64,000 nt of DNA from Candidatus Hydrogenedentota bacterium (GTDB lineage: Bacteria; Hydrogenedentota; Hydrogenedentia; Hydrogenedentales; SLHB01). The notes beneath the pieces were generated by a model. The model was not told where the DNA came from. It worked only from the letters and a program-made list of their open reading frames with translations, and made no database searches. Below are positions 1 to 9,762 of this stretch, piece after piece. Position 1 is the first letter of the stretch. Each line of letters opens with the position of its first letter. The position numbers and the translations under genes were made by a program. The DNA is taken from the NCBI GenBank assembly GCA_963745075.1, contig CAVUWV010000031.1:138251-202250 (forward strand). Direction: 5' to 3'.

Positions 1-1800
1 GAGGAGGTGGAGGATTCGGTCCGCGACGCGAGACGCGTCTGCGATGTCCCGGATTCCATCGAGGAGAACGACGAACTCGTCCCCCCCGAATCGGGCGATG
101 GTGCTTTCATAGCGGGCTACCGTATCGTTGGCGCGGAGGGCGCCGGCAAGGGCGTCGGAGAAGGCCTTCAGGAGCTTGTCGCCTACGACGTGTCCGAGTC
201 CGTCGTTCACGACTTTGAACCGATCCAGGTCGAGGAATAGCACGGCGAACATGTAGCCGCGCGTACGGCGGGCATGCCGCATAGCCTGACCCAGGCGGTC
301 CAGAAAGAGTGCGCGGTTCGGGAGGCCGGTTAACGCGTCGTGGAACGCCTGGTGGGCGAGTTGTTCTTCGACTCGTTTGCGGGGCGTGATATCGGATTGC
401 GAACCGGCCATGCGGACCAGCGCGTCATTGGAATCGCGCACGGCCAATCCGCGGCACAACACCCACAGGTAGGTACCGTCCGCATGCCGAATGCGATATT
501 CCGATTCGACGTGTTCGGTTTCGCCTTTGAGGTGTGCGTCGAACGTTGCCCGCACGTACGATTGGTCCTCGGTGTGGATCAGCGCGAACCAGTCGTTGGG
601 GCTCGTCCCGATTTCGGTCTCCGCGTATCCCAACATGGATTTCCAACGCGGGGAAAAATAGACCGTGTCGTTCTTCAGATCCCAATCCCACAAACCGTCG
701 TTGGCGCCGTTCACCGCCGCGGCGAATCGCTCTTCACTGCGCTGCAACGCATCCTGGGACTCCCGCTGAAGTTTGCGGTCGATTTCCAGTTGGGCAACCA
801 TCTCATCAAACGAACCCGCCAGCGAACCGATCTCATCCCTCCGGGATAGATTCAACCGTTCCGAGAGATCGTTCGTCGCGGCGATCGCGGCGGTATGACG
901 CGTCATGCGGGTGAGTGGATTTGTGATCTCGCGGCGAAAGAACAGGACCAAGGCCACCAGCCCCAGCGCGGCCAAGGCCGCTTGGACAAGTAGGCCCGTT
1001 TGCATGATGTTGCGCGCCTGACTGAAGAACCCCCGTTCGAGATCGGCGTGCAGGAGCAACCCGGCATTTCCAGTGATATCTGGATAGACGGCATAGGCGC
1101 GGAAAAGTCCATCATTCAACGGATACGCTTTTACCGATTGGCCGTTCTTTCGGTAGTCTGCAATAAGGGTCTGCGCCTCTAAAGGCGCTGCGGCATCTCC
1201 GGCGACCCAAACCTGAAACGCCAATCCGGTCTGCCGGAACAAGTTCATCATCAAACCACGGTTCAAACGTCTCCCGACCACCAGCACGGAATCACTTTCC
1301 GCGCCCCTGGCAACGAACTTGGCTGCCACGAGGAGCGGACCGTCGCTGGAGAGCACGACCCCCTTTTTCGGCGTATTCTGAGCAACGGTGGAAAGCACGC
1401 CCTCGACCCAACCCGTATCCGGCGGAGTCGGTCCCGTCGCGGCTTCCGTGCGCACGACCGACCAGAGCGGGGCTCCGTGAGAATCGCCCAAGAGCGCAAA
1501 ATCCAGCGCGTCTCCCCCGGGAAGCGCGTCCAGCAAGCGGTTGGGATTCTCGGAAGTCGCTCCGTTGGCAAGCCTTTGGAGGAAACCGATCTGGTTGGCC
1601 CAGTCCGACGCCAACGTGTCTAACCCGGATGTCGTGCGGTTGAGGGCCTCGATGCACCGCATCATGTCTTTGACGGCGGCGTCTTTTTCAGCGAGATTGA
1701 GACGGCTGCCGAGGAGAGATTGCTGAAGAAAGTAACTGAATCCGACGACGAGGGAGATGGTAACGATTAAGATTGCTTCGACCTTGAGTCGCAGCGACAC
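1..1800 (-). CDS. Sensor diguanylate cyclase (TM/periplasmic sensor - HAMP - PAS - GGDEF); C-terminus lies beyond the window edge
   Basis: Uninterrupted 600-codon minus-strand frame from GTG at 1800 to position 1. It is absent from the ORF track because there is no stop in the window. Own translation: TM start 'VSLRLKVEAILIVTISLVVGF', HAMP-like 'RRDEIGSLAGSFDEMVAQLE', PAS 'SEERFAAAVNGANDGLWDWDLKNDTVYFSPRWKSMLGY', GGDEF 'ALTGLPNRALFLDRL...FLDLDRFKVVNDGLGHVVGD...RFGGDEFVVLL'. Confidence 0.88.
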   Translation of the reverse strand, partial: MSLRLKVEAILIVTISLVVGFSYFLQQSLLGSRLNLAEKDAAVKDMMRCIEALNRTTSGLDTLASDWANQIGFLQRLANGATSENPNRLLDALPGGDALDFALLGDSHGAPLWSVVRTEAATGPTPPDTGWVEGVLSTVAQNTPKKGVVLSSDGPLLVAAKFVARGAESDSVLVVGRRLNRGLMMNLFRQTGLAFQVWVAGDAAAPLEAQTLIADYRKNGQSVKAYPLNDGLFRAYAVYPDITGNAGLLLHADLERGFFSQARNIMQTGLLVQAALAALGLVALVLFFRREITNPLTRMTRHTAAIAATNDLSERLNLSRRDEIGSLAGSFDEMVAQLEIDRKLQRESQDALQRSEERFAAAVNGANDGLWDWDLKNDTVYFSPRWKSMLGYAETEIGTSPNDWFALIHTEDQSYVRATFDAHLKGETEHVESEYRIRHADGTYLWVLCRGLAVRDSNDALVRMAGSQSDITPRKRVEEQLAHQAFHDALTGLPNRALFLDRLGQAMRHARRTRGYMFAVLFLDLDRFKVVNDGLGHVVGDKLLKAFSDALAGALRANDTVARYESTIARFGGDEFVVLLDGIRDIADASRVADRILHLL

Positions 1801-2039
1801 AGGTGCCTCCCGAATTCCCGCGCACCACTCAACGGCGACCGTCACAACGAATCTGAATTCATTGCGGCTTTGGCGACCCCTGCCGGGATTCAGGATGGCA
1901 TTTTTATGTTAGATTGTCAATAGTTTAGCTACTAGTATTAGCGTATCAATGACCGGAGCTACCGAGATACCGATGCAGGGCGGGACGTGATTTGCGTTTT
2001 GCGCCGAACGCGTTTCTATGGTAGCATTCCGGCCTTGCC

Positions 2040-3722
2040 ATGATTCACGTTACGTGTACCCAATGCGGATTGACGATAGCAGTGCCTCCCACGGTTCAAG
2101 GACGTTGGGGGGTGTGTTTCGCATGCGGTGCGCGACTTCTGGTTCCCCATACGTCGGACGGCGAGCGGGAACTCGACCTGCAGTTTGAACCCGGACACCG
2201 AATCTCCGATCGGTATGTGATCGAAGCGCCCGTCGGAAAAGGCGGGATGGGGGTGGTGTACCGGGCCCACGATAGCCTCATGAACGAGCGGGTGGCGCTC
2301 AAATTCCTGGATCCACGTATCGTACACACGCAAAAGGGCGTCCGCTTGTTCATACAGGAGGCGCAGGTCGCCCGCCGGCTTCGACACGAAAACATCGTTG
2401 CGGTTCATGATGTGAGCGCAACGCCCGATGGCATCCTGTACATCTCGATGGAGTTCCTCCAGGGACAGTCGTTGCGGGCCTATCTCCGGGGTCATCGGAA
2501 TCAACGCAAGCTGGTCAACGTACGACTCGCGGTAACCTTGACCGCCCAGGTTCTGGCGGCGCTCGATTACGCCCATCGGATTGTCATTCACCGGGACATG
2601 AAACCCGAGAACGTCATGCTACTGGCCGGCGAGCGCGTCAAGGTCCTCGACTTCGGGCTGGCCAAGGTGGTCGATGAGGAATGCCTCTTCTCGGACAAAG
2701 GTCCGGACGGGAAGTCCACGCGGGTGGTGGGGACGGAAGCGTACGCGTCGCCCGAGCAACTCCGGCACAGCGAGGTGGATTCTCGCGCGGACCTTTACAC
2801 GGTGGGTTTGCTGCTCCGGGAACTGTTGACACTTCGCACGCCGCTGGACGAGTTTGTGGAGGTGACCGCAGTCCGGGACGACGTTTCCCCGTCGTTGCTT
2901 GCGGTCTTGCAGAAAGCGGTTCAACTTCCGCGCGAAGACCGCTGGCAAACGGCCGGAGAGTTCCGAACGCAACTGCTGAAATCATTCGAAGAGTCGTATC
3001 GATCCGTCTTGGAGCCCAACATCGAGGTCGAGCCCGGCCGCGAGGTGTCTACCGAAGGGATGGTCTTTCTGGAGGGCGGCAGTTTCCTCATGGGGAACAA
3101 GAGCGTGCCGGACGAAGCGCCGGAGTTTGAGGCCACGGTCGAACCGTTCTTCATCGATGCGTATCCCGTGACGAACGCGCAGTATGAAGAGTTTCTGCGC
3201 GCGACCGGCCGGCCGTCACCCAAGCTTTGGGGCATTCCCGATTACCGCGGCGCCGATCAGCCAGTGATCGGGGTTACGTGGGAAGAAGCGGCGGCTTTTG
3301 CGATGTGGTCCGGGAAACAATTACCCACGGAAGCGCAGTGGGAATATGCGGCGCGGGGCAAGGAAAACCGGAAGTATCCGTGGGGCAACTATGAACCGGA
3401 CGCGCACAAGGCCAATTACGGGGACTTCCTGAATATGCCGTCCATCGTTTCGATGCACGAAGAAGGGAAGACTCCGGATAACGTCTACGATTTAGCAGGG
3501 AACGTACACGAATGGACTGCGGACCTGTATCTTCCTTACGATGCAGTGCGCCGCGAGGCTGCGGCCCGTACGGGACCGCCCAAACGTGTCGTGCGGGGCG
3601 GCTCGTGGCACTCTCCGGCGTCGGAACTCCGATGCACCGCGCGCAAGGGATTGTTTCCGGAAAGCGCGCAACCCACCGTGGGGTTTCGCTGCGTCGTACC
3701 GTTTCAAAGACCCGGGGGCTAA
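2040..3722 (+). CDS. Ser/Thr protein kinase fused to a C-terminal FGE-sulfatase (SUMF1-like) domain
   Basis: 560-aa ORF. N-terminal CxxC...CxxC ('CTQCGLT...CFACGA'). Hanks kinase motifs 'VALKFL', 'HRDMKPENVML', 'DFGLAK', 'ASPEQ'. C-terminal 'FLMGN...PVTNAQYEEFL...VTWEEAAAFAMWSGKQLPTEAQWEYAARG...RGGSWHS' is typical of the FGE-sulfatase family. Confidence 0.9.
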   Translation: MIHVTCTQCGLTIAVPPTVQGRWGVCFACGARLLVPHTSDGERELDLQFEPGHRISDRYVIEAPVGKGGMGVVYRAHDSLMNERVALKFLDPRIVHTQKGVRLFIQEAQVARRLRHENIVAVHDVSATPDGILYISMEFLQGQSLRAYLRGHRNQRKLVNVRLAVTLTAQVLAALDYAHRIVIHRDMKPENVMLLAGERVKVLDFGLAKVVDEECLFSDKGPDGKSTRVVGTEAYASPEQLRHSEVDSRADLYTVGLLLRELLTLRTPLDEFVEVTAVRDDVSPSLLAVLQKAVQLPREDRWQTAGEFRTQLLKSFEESYRSVLEPNIEVEPGREVSTEGMVFLEGGSFLMGNKSVPDEAPEFEATVEPFFIDAYPVTNAQYEEFLRATGRPSPKLWGIPDYRGADQPVIGVTWEEAAAFAMWSGKQLPTEAQWEYAARGKENRKYPWGNYEPDAHKANYGDFLNMPSIVSMHEEGKTPDNVYDLAGNVHEWTADLYLPYDAVRREAAARTGPPKRVVRGGSWHSPASELRCTARKGLFPESAQPTVGFRCVVPFQRPGG

Positions 3723-3810
3723 TGGACCGAGGCGTCCGCACGGGCAATTGACACGATGGGTGGTCGTGTGCTCGAATTTCACGGGCTGGAAGGAACACAG
3801 GAATTACCGT

Positions 3811-4464
3811 ATGAACAAACATGAGGCCATACGCTACTTGCTCGACAAATGTATCGTGGCCGTCGTTCGCGCGGATTCGGGGGGAGACGATCTGGTCCGT
3901 GTAGTGGAGGCGGTGGCGGAGGGAGGCGTCCACTGTATCGAAGTCACGATGACGACGCCGGGGGCCTTGCAGTGCATCGAGACGGCTTCCGCGACACTTG
4001 CCGGCGCGGATGTTCTGCTGGGTGTGGGCACCGTGCTCGATGCAGAAACGTGTCGAATGGCGATACTGGCCGGGGCCCAATATGTGGTCACGCCGACGCT
4101 TTCGGCGCCGGTCATTCAGATGGCCCGGCGCTACGGGAAACCGGTGGCGGCAGGCGCCTATACGCCCACGGAGATCCTGACCGCCTGGGAGCAGGGCTCG
4201 GATTTTGTGAAGGTTTTTCCGGCAAGTATCGGGGGTCCCGACTATATTAAAGCGATCAAAGGGCCGCTCCCCCAGATTCCATTGATCCCGACGGGTGGCG
4301 TAGAGGTAGATAACGTGGGTGCTTTTCTTAAGGCTGGGGCGTCCGCATTGGGGGTCGGCGGTAATCTGGTCGGCAAGAAACTGGTAGCCGCGCGGGATTT
4401 CGACGGCATTACGAAAAACGCGCGGGCGTTCGCGGAAGCGGTACACGCGGCACGGTCCGGCTAG
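3811..4464 (+). CDS. eda: 2-dehydro-3-deoxyphosphogluconate (KDPG) / 4-hydroxy-2-oxoglutarate aldolase
   Basis: 'MNKHEAIRYLLDKCIVAVVRAD...GGVHCIEVTMTTPGAL...GVGTVLDAE...AGAQYVVTP...FVKVFPAS...IPTGGV' matches the Eda pattern. ATG 3811 is preferred over the longest ORF start (3541), whose extra residues overlap the kinase 3' end and are low-complexity. Confidence 0.88.
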   Translation: MNKHEAIRYLLDKCIVAVVRADSGGDDLVRVVEAVAEGGVHCIEVTMTTPGALQCIETASATLAGADVLLGVGTVLDAETCRMAILAGAQYVVTPTLSAPVIQMARRYGKPVAAGAYTPTEILTAWEQGSDFVKVFPASIGGPDYIKAIKGPLPQIPLIPTGGVEVDNVGAFLKAGASALGVGGNLVGKKLVAARDFDGITKNARAFAEAVHAARSG

Positions 4465-4475
4465 CTGTCGGGTTC

Positions 4476-5420
4476 ATGAAACGACTATTGCAGGCGATCG
4501 GCCTTCGAAAACGAGACAAGGTCGCGCCGAATGCGTCGCAGCACGCCATCCAAGTCACGAGTACGGTCGACCGGCACAAACAGCCCTGCCTGTTTATCCC
4601 CTCCGATCGCGAAGGGGATCAAGCGCTCCTCGTCTACTTGCACCCGTGGCGCCACGGATACGATTTCGACTCGACCCCATGGCAACGCGAGGCAAAGGAA
4701 CGGGGATGGCACTTTCTCGCACCCCATTTTCGCGGCCCGAACCGGCGGCCCCAGGCCTGCGCATCGCGGTTCGCCCGGCAGGATGTGCTGGACGCGGTTG
4801 ATAGCATCTGTGCCGCGCATGCCGTGGATCGCGACCGCGTCTATGTGGGAGGGGTGTCCGGGGGCGGCCACATGGCGTTGGTGATGGCAGCGGAAGCGCC
4901 GGACCGATGGGCGGCCGTGTCGGCGTGGTGCCCGATCACTGACCTCGCCGCGTTCCACGCCGAATGTGTGGCGATGGAAGCGAAAGCGTACCGGCATGTG
5001 GAGAAGGTTGCCGGGGGCGCGCCGGGATCTTCTCCCAAGGTCGACCGTGAACTTCAGTACCGTTCGCCGGTTTTTCACATGGCAAAGGCGGCGCGTGTCC
5101 CCGTGGAGATTGCGCACGGCATTCACGACGGCCAACCTCGCGGCATTGGGATTCAGCACAGCGTATGGGCTTACAACGCCCTGGCTGAGTCATTGGGTGG
5201 ACAGAAGGTAACGGACGGGGAACTCGAGGCCCTTCGGGGAAAGCGAATTCCGGAGACATCCGATCGGACAGATCCGACGGATGGGTCCGATCCGTCGTTT
5301 GGGCGCGGGATCTATTTCCGGAGAACGGTAGGTCAATCGCGCCTGACCATCTTTGATGGCGGCCACGAGGACCTGCCCGCTGCGGCGTGCGCGTGGCTGG
5401 AGAATCACCGGCGCAGTTAA
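4476..5420 (+). CDS. alpha/beta-hydrolase, prolyl-oligopeptidase/esterase-like serine hydrolase
   Basis: 314-aa ORF with nucleophile elbow 'GGVSGGGHMAL' (GxSxG) and a distal 'HGIHDG' His region; typical S9/esterase layout. Confidence 0.7.
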   Translation: MKRLLQAIGLRKRDKVAPNASQHAIQVTSTVDRHKQPCLFIPSDREGDQALLVYLHPWRHGYDFDSTPWQREAKERGWHFLAPHFRGPNRRPQACASRFARQDVLDAVDSICAAHAVDRDRVYVGGVSGGGHMALVMAAEAPDRWAAVSAWCPITDLAAFHAECVAMEAKAYRHVEKVAGGAPGSSPKVDRELQYRSPVFHMAKAARVPVEIAHGIHDGQPRGIGIQHSVWAYNALAESLGGQKVTDGELEALRGKRIPETSDRTDPTDGSDPSFGRGIYFRRTVGQSRLTIFDGGHEDLPAAACAWLENHRRS

Positions 5421-5433
5421 GCTTCTCATAATG

Positions 5434-5463
5434 AAAACGCCGGACGGTTTCCCGCCCGGCGTT
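5434..5463 (-). terminator. Hairpin terminator between convergent hydrolase and rho genes
   Basis: 8-bp stem AACGCCGG (5436-5443) / CCGGCGTT (5456-5463). On the minus strand it is followed by TTTTCATT, just downstream of the rho stop (5495). Confidence 0.5.
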
Positions 5464-5494
5464 CGTGACAGGGTCGCTCGATGTCCCGCCGAAA

Positions 5495-6946
5495 CTACAT
5501 TTTCTGCATCATTGACAGGAAATCGGCGTTGGTCTTAGTCTTTCTCAACTTGTCGATGAGGAGTTCGGTGGCTTCCGTTACGCTGAGGGGACTGAGGACC
5601 TTGAGCAGCAGCCAGATGCGCTGCAGCTCGTCTTCGCCCACGAGCAATTCCTCTTTGCGGGTGCGGGATTTTTGCACGTCGAGCGCCGGGAACACGCGCT
5701 TCTCCATGAGGCGGCGATCCAGGTGAATCTCCATGTTGCCGGTGCCCTTGAATTCTTCGAAGATAACGTCGTCCATGCGGCTGCCGGTTTCAACCAGCGC
5801 CGTCGCGAGAATAGTCAGACTGCCGCCTTCTTCGATGTTGCGGGCGGCGCCGAAGAATCGCTTCGGACGTTGTAGCGCGTTGGCATCCACACCGCCGGAA
5901 AGGACCTTGCCGCTGGCGGGGACGATGACGTTGTACGCGCGCGCCAGGCGGGTAATGGAGTCCAGCAGAATGATCACGTCGCGCTTGTGTTCGACGAGAC
6001 GCTTGGCTTTCTCGAGGACCATCTCGGCGACCTGTACGTGGCGCTCCGGCGGTTCATCGAAGGTTGATGCAATCACCTCGCCTTTGACGGAGCGCGACAT
6101 GTCGGTGACTTCTTCGGGCCGTTCATCGATGAGCAACACGATGACGTGCGCTTCCGGATGGTTGATCCCGACGCTGTTGGCGATCTTCTGCAATAGCACC
6201 GTCTTACCCGTAAACGGCGCCGCCACGATGAGGCCACGCTGTCCCTTACCGATGGGAGAGATGAGGTCCATGATGCGCATGGCCACTTCTTTCTGTTCGG
6301 TTTCGAGGTTGAGGCGTTCGTTCGGGTGGAGGGGGGTCAGGTTGTCGAAGAGGATTCGTTCGCGGGCAACCTCGGGGCTTTCGTAATTGACGGCCTCGAC
6401 CTTGAGCAGGGCGAAGTACCGCTCGCCTTCTTTGGGCGGCCGCACATGCCCTTGAATCGTGTCACCCGTGCGCAGGGCGAACTTGCGGATCTGGGACGGC
6501 GACACGTAGATGTCGTCGGGGCCCGGCAGGTACGAGTAGTCTCCCGAGCGCAGGAATCCGAACCCATCGGGCAGGATTTCGAGCGTGCCTTCACCGTAGA
6601 GCGATCCGGTCGCCTCGATACTCTGTTGCAGGATGCGGAAGATGAGGTCCTGCTTCTTGAGTCCGCTGTATCCGTCGACGTTGAGGTTGCGGGCCGTATC
6701 GGCCAGCTCGGTCATCGTCATGCGTTTGAGATCACCAATGGCGATTTCCGGTCCGTTGGCGTTGGCAATAGCGTTCTCGCTCTCCGGGTCGTTCGCCACG
6801 TCCACTACGGGATGAGATGGACGACGGTCGCGGCCATGGTCGCGGCCGCCTCGCGAGGGCCCTCGTCCGGGACCACCCGAGTTGGACCGTTTTGGTTTGC
6901 CGCGCGGCCTGGAGTGGGACTTGTCGTTTGCGGTTCTCTCTGCCAT
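5495..6946 (-). CDS. rho: Transcription termination factor Rho, with an Arg/Gly-rich N-terminal extension
   Basis: 483 aa. '[18 protein letters not shown]' Rho-N, cold-shock-like '[14 protein letters not shown]', Walker A '[17 protein letters not shown]', '[10 protein letters not shown]', '[15 protein letters not shown]'. The first ~60 aa are R/G/P-rich and of low complexity. Confidence 0.97.
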   Translation of the reverse strand: MAERTANDKSHSRPRGKPKRSNSGGPGRGPSRGGRDHGRDRRPSHPVVDVANDPESENAIANANGPEIAIGDLKRMTMTELADTARNLNVDGYSGLKKQDLIFRILQQSIEATGSLYGEGTLEILPDGFGFLRSGDYSYLPGPDDIYVSPSQIRKFALRTGDTIQGHVRPPKEGERYFALLKVEAVNYESPEVARERILFDNLTPLHPNERLNLETEQKEVAMRIMDLISPIGKGQRGLIVAAPFTGKTVLLQKIANSVGINHPEAHVIVLLIDERPEEVTDMSRSVKGEVIASTFDEPPERHVQVAEMVLEKAKRLVEHKRDVIILLDSITRLARAYNVIVPASGKVLSGGVDANALQRPKRFFGAARNIEEGGSLTILATALVETGSRMDDVIFEEFKGTGNMEIHLDRRLMEKRVFPALDVQKSRTRKEELLVGEDELQRIWLLLKVLSPLSVTEATELLIDKLRKTKTNADFLSMMQKM

Positions 6947-7065
6947 TCATCTTCCTTTCGTATCCCTGAGTTCGGGGGAGGCGCGGATGCGCCGGGCACT
7001 CGTGGCATACCTGTGTTGTATCGATTGCCATAAATTCGCCACCGCTTACGGTGCTGCGTGACGTT

Positions 7066-9762
7066 CTAGTGTATTTCCGCCCAGTTGTCTCCGATTCCAA
7101 CGTCCACCTTCAGCGCGACGTCCAGTTCGACCGCTTCTTCCATGATGCGTTTCATTGTGGCGGCGGTTTCCTCGGCATTCGGCGCCGGCACTTCGACGAC
7201 CAACTCGTCGTGAACCTGCAGGATCAACTGCGCATCCGTCCCCTTCAGCGCCGCATCCAGGCGAATCATGGCGAGCTTGATGATGTCCGCCGCGCTTCCC
7301 TGTACGGGGGTATTCGTGGCAATCCGCTCGGCGGCCTTTCGCATGCTGGCGTTGCGGGACGTCAATTCCGGGACGTACCGCCGCCGCTTCAGCAGCGTAG
7401 AAACGTAGCCGTCGTTCGCCGCCTGTTTCAACGTCGTATCAATCCAGGTACGCACGCCCGGGTACTTCTGGAAATACTGATCGATAAACCGGGCGGCTTC
7501 AGCGTTCGAAATGCCCAGATTCCGGGACAGGCCGAAGGCGCTGATCCCGTAGATGACGCCGAAATTGACCGCTTTGGCCTGGCGGCGCATTTCGGAGGTG
7601 ACCAACTCGGGCATGACACCGAACACCCGGGCCGCCGTTTCCTGATGGATGTCGGCATCGTGTTCGAACGCTTCCTTGAGATGCGTGTCCCCCGAAAGAT
7701 GGGCCAGAATACGCAATTCAATTTGAGAGTAATCAGCCGAAATCAGCTTCCGGTCCCGATTCCGCGGAACGAATCCTTGGCGGATGCGTTTCCCGATCTC
7801 GGTCCGTACCGGGATATTCTGCAGGTTGGGGTCGCTGCTGGATAAGCGCCCGGTTGCTGCGACGGCCTGATTGAACGATGTATGTATTCGCCCGGTACTG
7901 GGGTTCACCAGTTTGGGCAATGCTTCGATGTAGGTTCCTCGAAGTTTTTCGAGTACTCGATATTCCAACACCTTTTCCGGCAAGGGGTGCTCGTGGGCGA
8001 GCACCTCGAGCACTTCCATATCGGTGGAGTAGCCCGTTTTCGTTTTCCGGATAGGCTTCAGCCCGAGCTTTCCGAACAGGATTTCCTGCAATTGCTTGGG
8101 CGAGTTTATTTGAAACGGCTCCCCTGCCGTTTCGTGAATATCGGCTTCCAGTGTTTTCAGACGCCCTTCGACTTCCTTCTGAAGGTCATCGAAGATGCGC
8201 AGGTTCACCCCGACGCCGGCCTGTTCCATACGGGCCAGCACTTGTATCAAAGGCCCTTCGACCTTGTCGAAGAGATCCGTCAAGCCTCGTTCGCGCAATA
8301 GCGGTTGAAACACCTCGGATAGGCGCCACGTGATATCCGCATCCTCGCAGGCATATTCACTCGCGCTCTCAACGGGAACGGTATCGAAGGTAACCGCTTT
8401 CGATCCCTTGCCGATCAGGTCGGATATGGGGATCATTTTGCGCTTGAGGTAGTGGAGACTGACTTCCTCCAGATTATGCCTCATCCGCCCGGCATCTGTC
8501 AAATACGAGGCTACCATCGTATCCAGCCCGATTCCGGTCAATGAAAGCCCCGCACGCCCCAGGACGATAAGGTCGTATTTGATATTGTGGCCGACCTTCG
8601 TGATTTCGGGGTCTTCGACCAGGGGCCGCAGGAGATCGAGGGCGGTCGAGCGGTCCAGCGGGGCGCCTTTTTGGGGCTTCGTGACGGACGCCATCGCCTC
8701 GTCCGTATGGCCGACGGGGATATAGTAGCCCTTACCCGCCGCACAACTCAGGGAGACGCCTACCAGTTCGGCGCGCATCGGGTCGGTCGAGGTGGTCTCG
8801 GTGTCGATGGCGAACGTTCCGGATTGGCGCATTTCCGCGATGGCCTTTTCGAGCGCTTCCCGTGTGAGTATGAGTTGATAGTCGGTGGTTTCGGTTTCCG
8901 CTGCGTCGGGCAGGTACTCTTCGAGCAGTGACTGGAATTCCAGGGCGTGAAATGCTTCGGCCAACTTTGACCGGTCTTCTTCGCCGCGGTGGCAATCCGC
9001 GATTGTCAGCGCCAAGTCCACGTCGGTTTTGATGGTGACCAGTTCGCGGCTCAGCATCGCGATAGCGCGGTCTTCTTCGAGTTTCTCGCGCTGTTTGCCC
9101 TTGAGTTCGTCGATGTGTTCGTAGATCCCTTCGAGGGAACCGTATTTTTCCAGAAGCGTTTTGGCGGTTTTCGGTCCGATGCCGCGCACGCCGGGGACGT
9201 TGTCGGCGGTGTCTCCCATCAGACCGAGCGCGTCGATGACGTGGGCCGGGTCGCAACCGAACCGTTCGCGAACTTCTTCGACGCCGTACCAAGCGCCACT
9301 CTCGCCCTTGCCAGGGTCATAAACCTTCACAGTGTCGTTGATGAGCTGGAGCATGTCCTTGTCGCCGGTGACCAATATGGTTTCGATGTTCTCCGATTCG
9401 GCGCGACGGGCCAAAGTCCCCATGATATCGTCCGCTTCGACCCCTGGTTGCGAGAAGATGGGGATGTTGAACGCTTTGACCAGTTCGTGGATGAGCGGGA
9501 ATTGGGACGAGAGTTCTTCGGGCATGGCTTCGCGATTGGCCTTGTACTCGGGATACATGTCGTCGCGAAAGGTCTTCCCGGGGGCATCGAACACCACGGC
9601 AATATGACTGGGTTCGTGTTCGCGCAGGAGTTTGAGCAGGATTCGCGCGAAGCCGTAGACGGCGTTGGTCGGCTGGCCTTTGGAATTGGTCAGGTTGCGG
9701 ATGGCGAAGAACGCGCGATACGCAAATGCGCTGGCGTCGATAAGAAACAACCGGTCAGCCAT
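7066..9762 (-). CDS. polA: DNA polymerase I
   Basis: 898 aa. 5'-nuclease 'LFLIDASAFAYRAFFA', 3'-5' exo 'FAIDTETTS', polymerase motifs 'SADYSQIELRILAH', 'RRQAKAVNFGVIYG', 'LQVHDELVVE'. Confidence 0.98.
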   Translation of the reverse strand: MADRLFLIDASAFAYRAFFAIRNLTNSKGQPTNAVYGFARILLKLLREHEPSHIAVVFDAPGKTFRDDMYPEYKANREAMPEELSSQFPLIHELVKAFNIPIFSQPGVEADDIMGTLARRAESENIETILVTGDKDMLQLINDTVKVYDPGKGESGAWYGVEEVRERFGCDPAHVIDALGLMGDTADNVPGVRGIGPKTAKTLLEKYGSLEGIYEHIDELKGKQREKLEEDRAIAMLSRELVTIKTDVDLALTIADCHRGEEDRSKLAEAFHALEFQSLLEEYLPDAAETETTDYQLILTREALEKAIAEMRQSGTFAIDTETTSTDPMRAELVGVSLSCAAGKGYYIPVGHTDEAMASVTKPQKGAPLDRSTALDLLRPLVEDPEITKVGHNIKYDLIVLGRAGLSLTGIGLDTMVASYLTDAGRMRHNLEEVSLHYLKRKMIPISDLIGKGSKAVTFDTVPVESASEYACEDADITWRLSEVFQPLLRERGLTDLFDKVEGPLIQVLARMEQAGVGVNLRIFDDLQKEVEGRLKTLEADIHETAGEPFQINSPKQLQEILFGKLGLKPIRKTKTGYSTDMEVLEVLAHEHPLPEKVLEYRVLEKLRGTYIEALPKLVNPSTGRIHTSFNQAVAATGRLSSSDPNLQNIPVRTEIGKRIRQGFVPRNRDRKLISADYSQIELRILAHLSGDTHLKEAFEHDADIHQETAARVFGVMPELVTSEMRRQAKAVNFGVIYGISAFGLSRNLGISNAEAARFIDQYFQKYPGVRTWIDTTLKQAANDGYVSTLLKRRRYVPELTSRNASMRKAAERIATNTPVQGSAADIIKLAMIRLDAALKGTDAQLILQVHDELVVEVPAPNAEETAATMKRIMEEAVELDVALKVDVGIGDNWAEIH

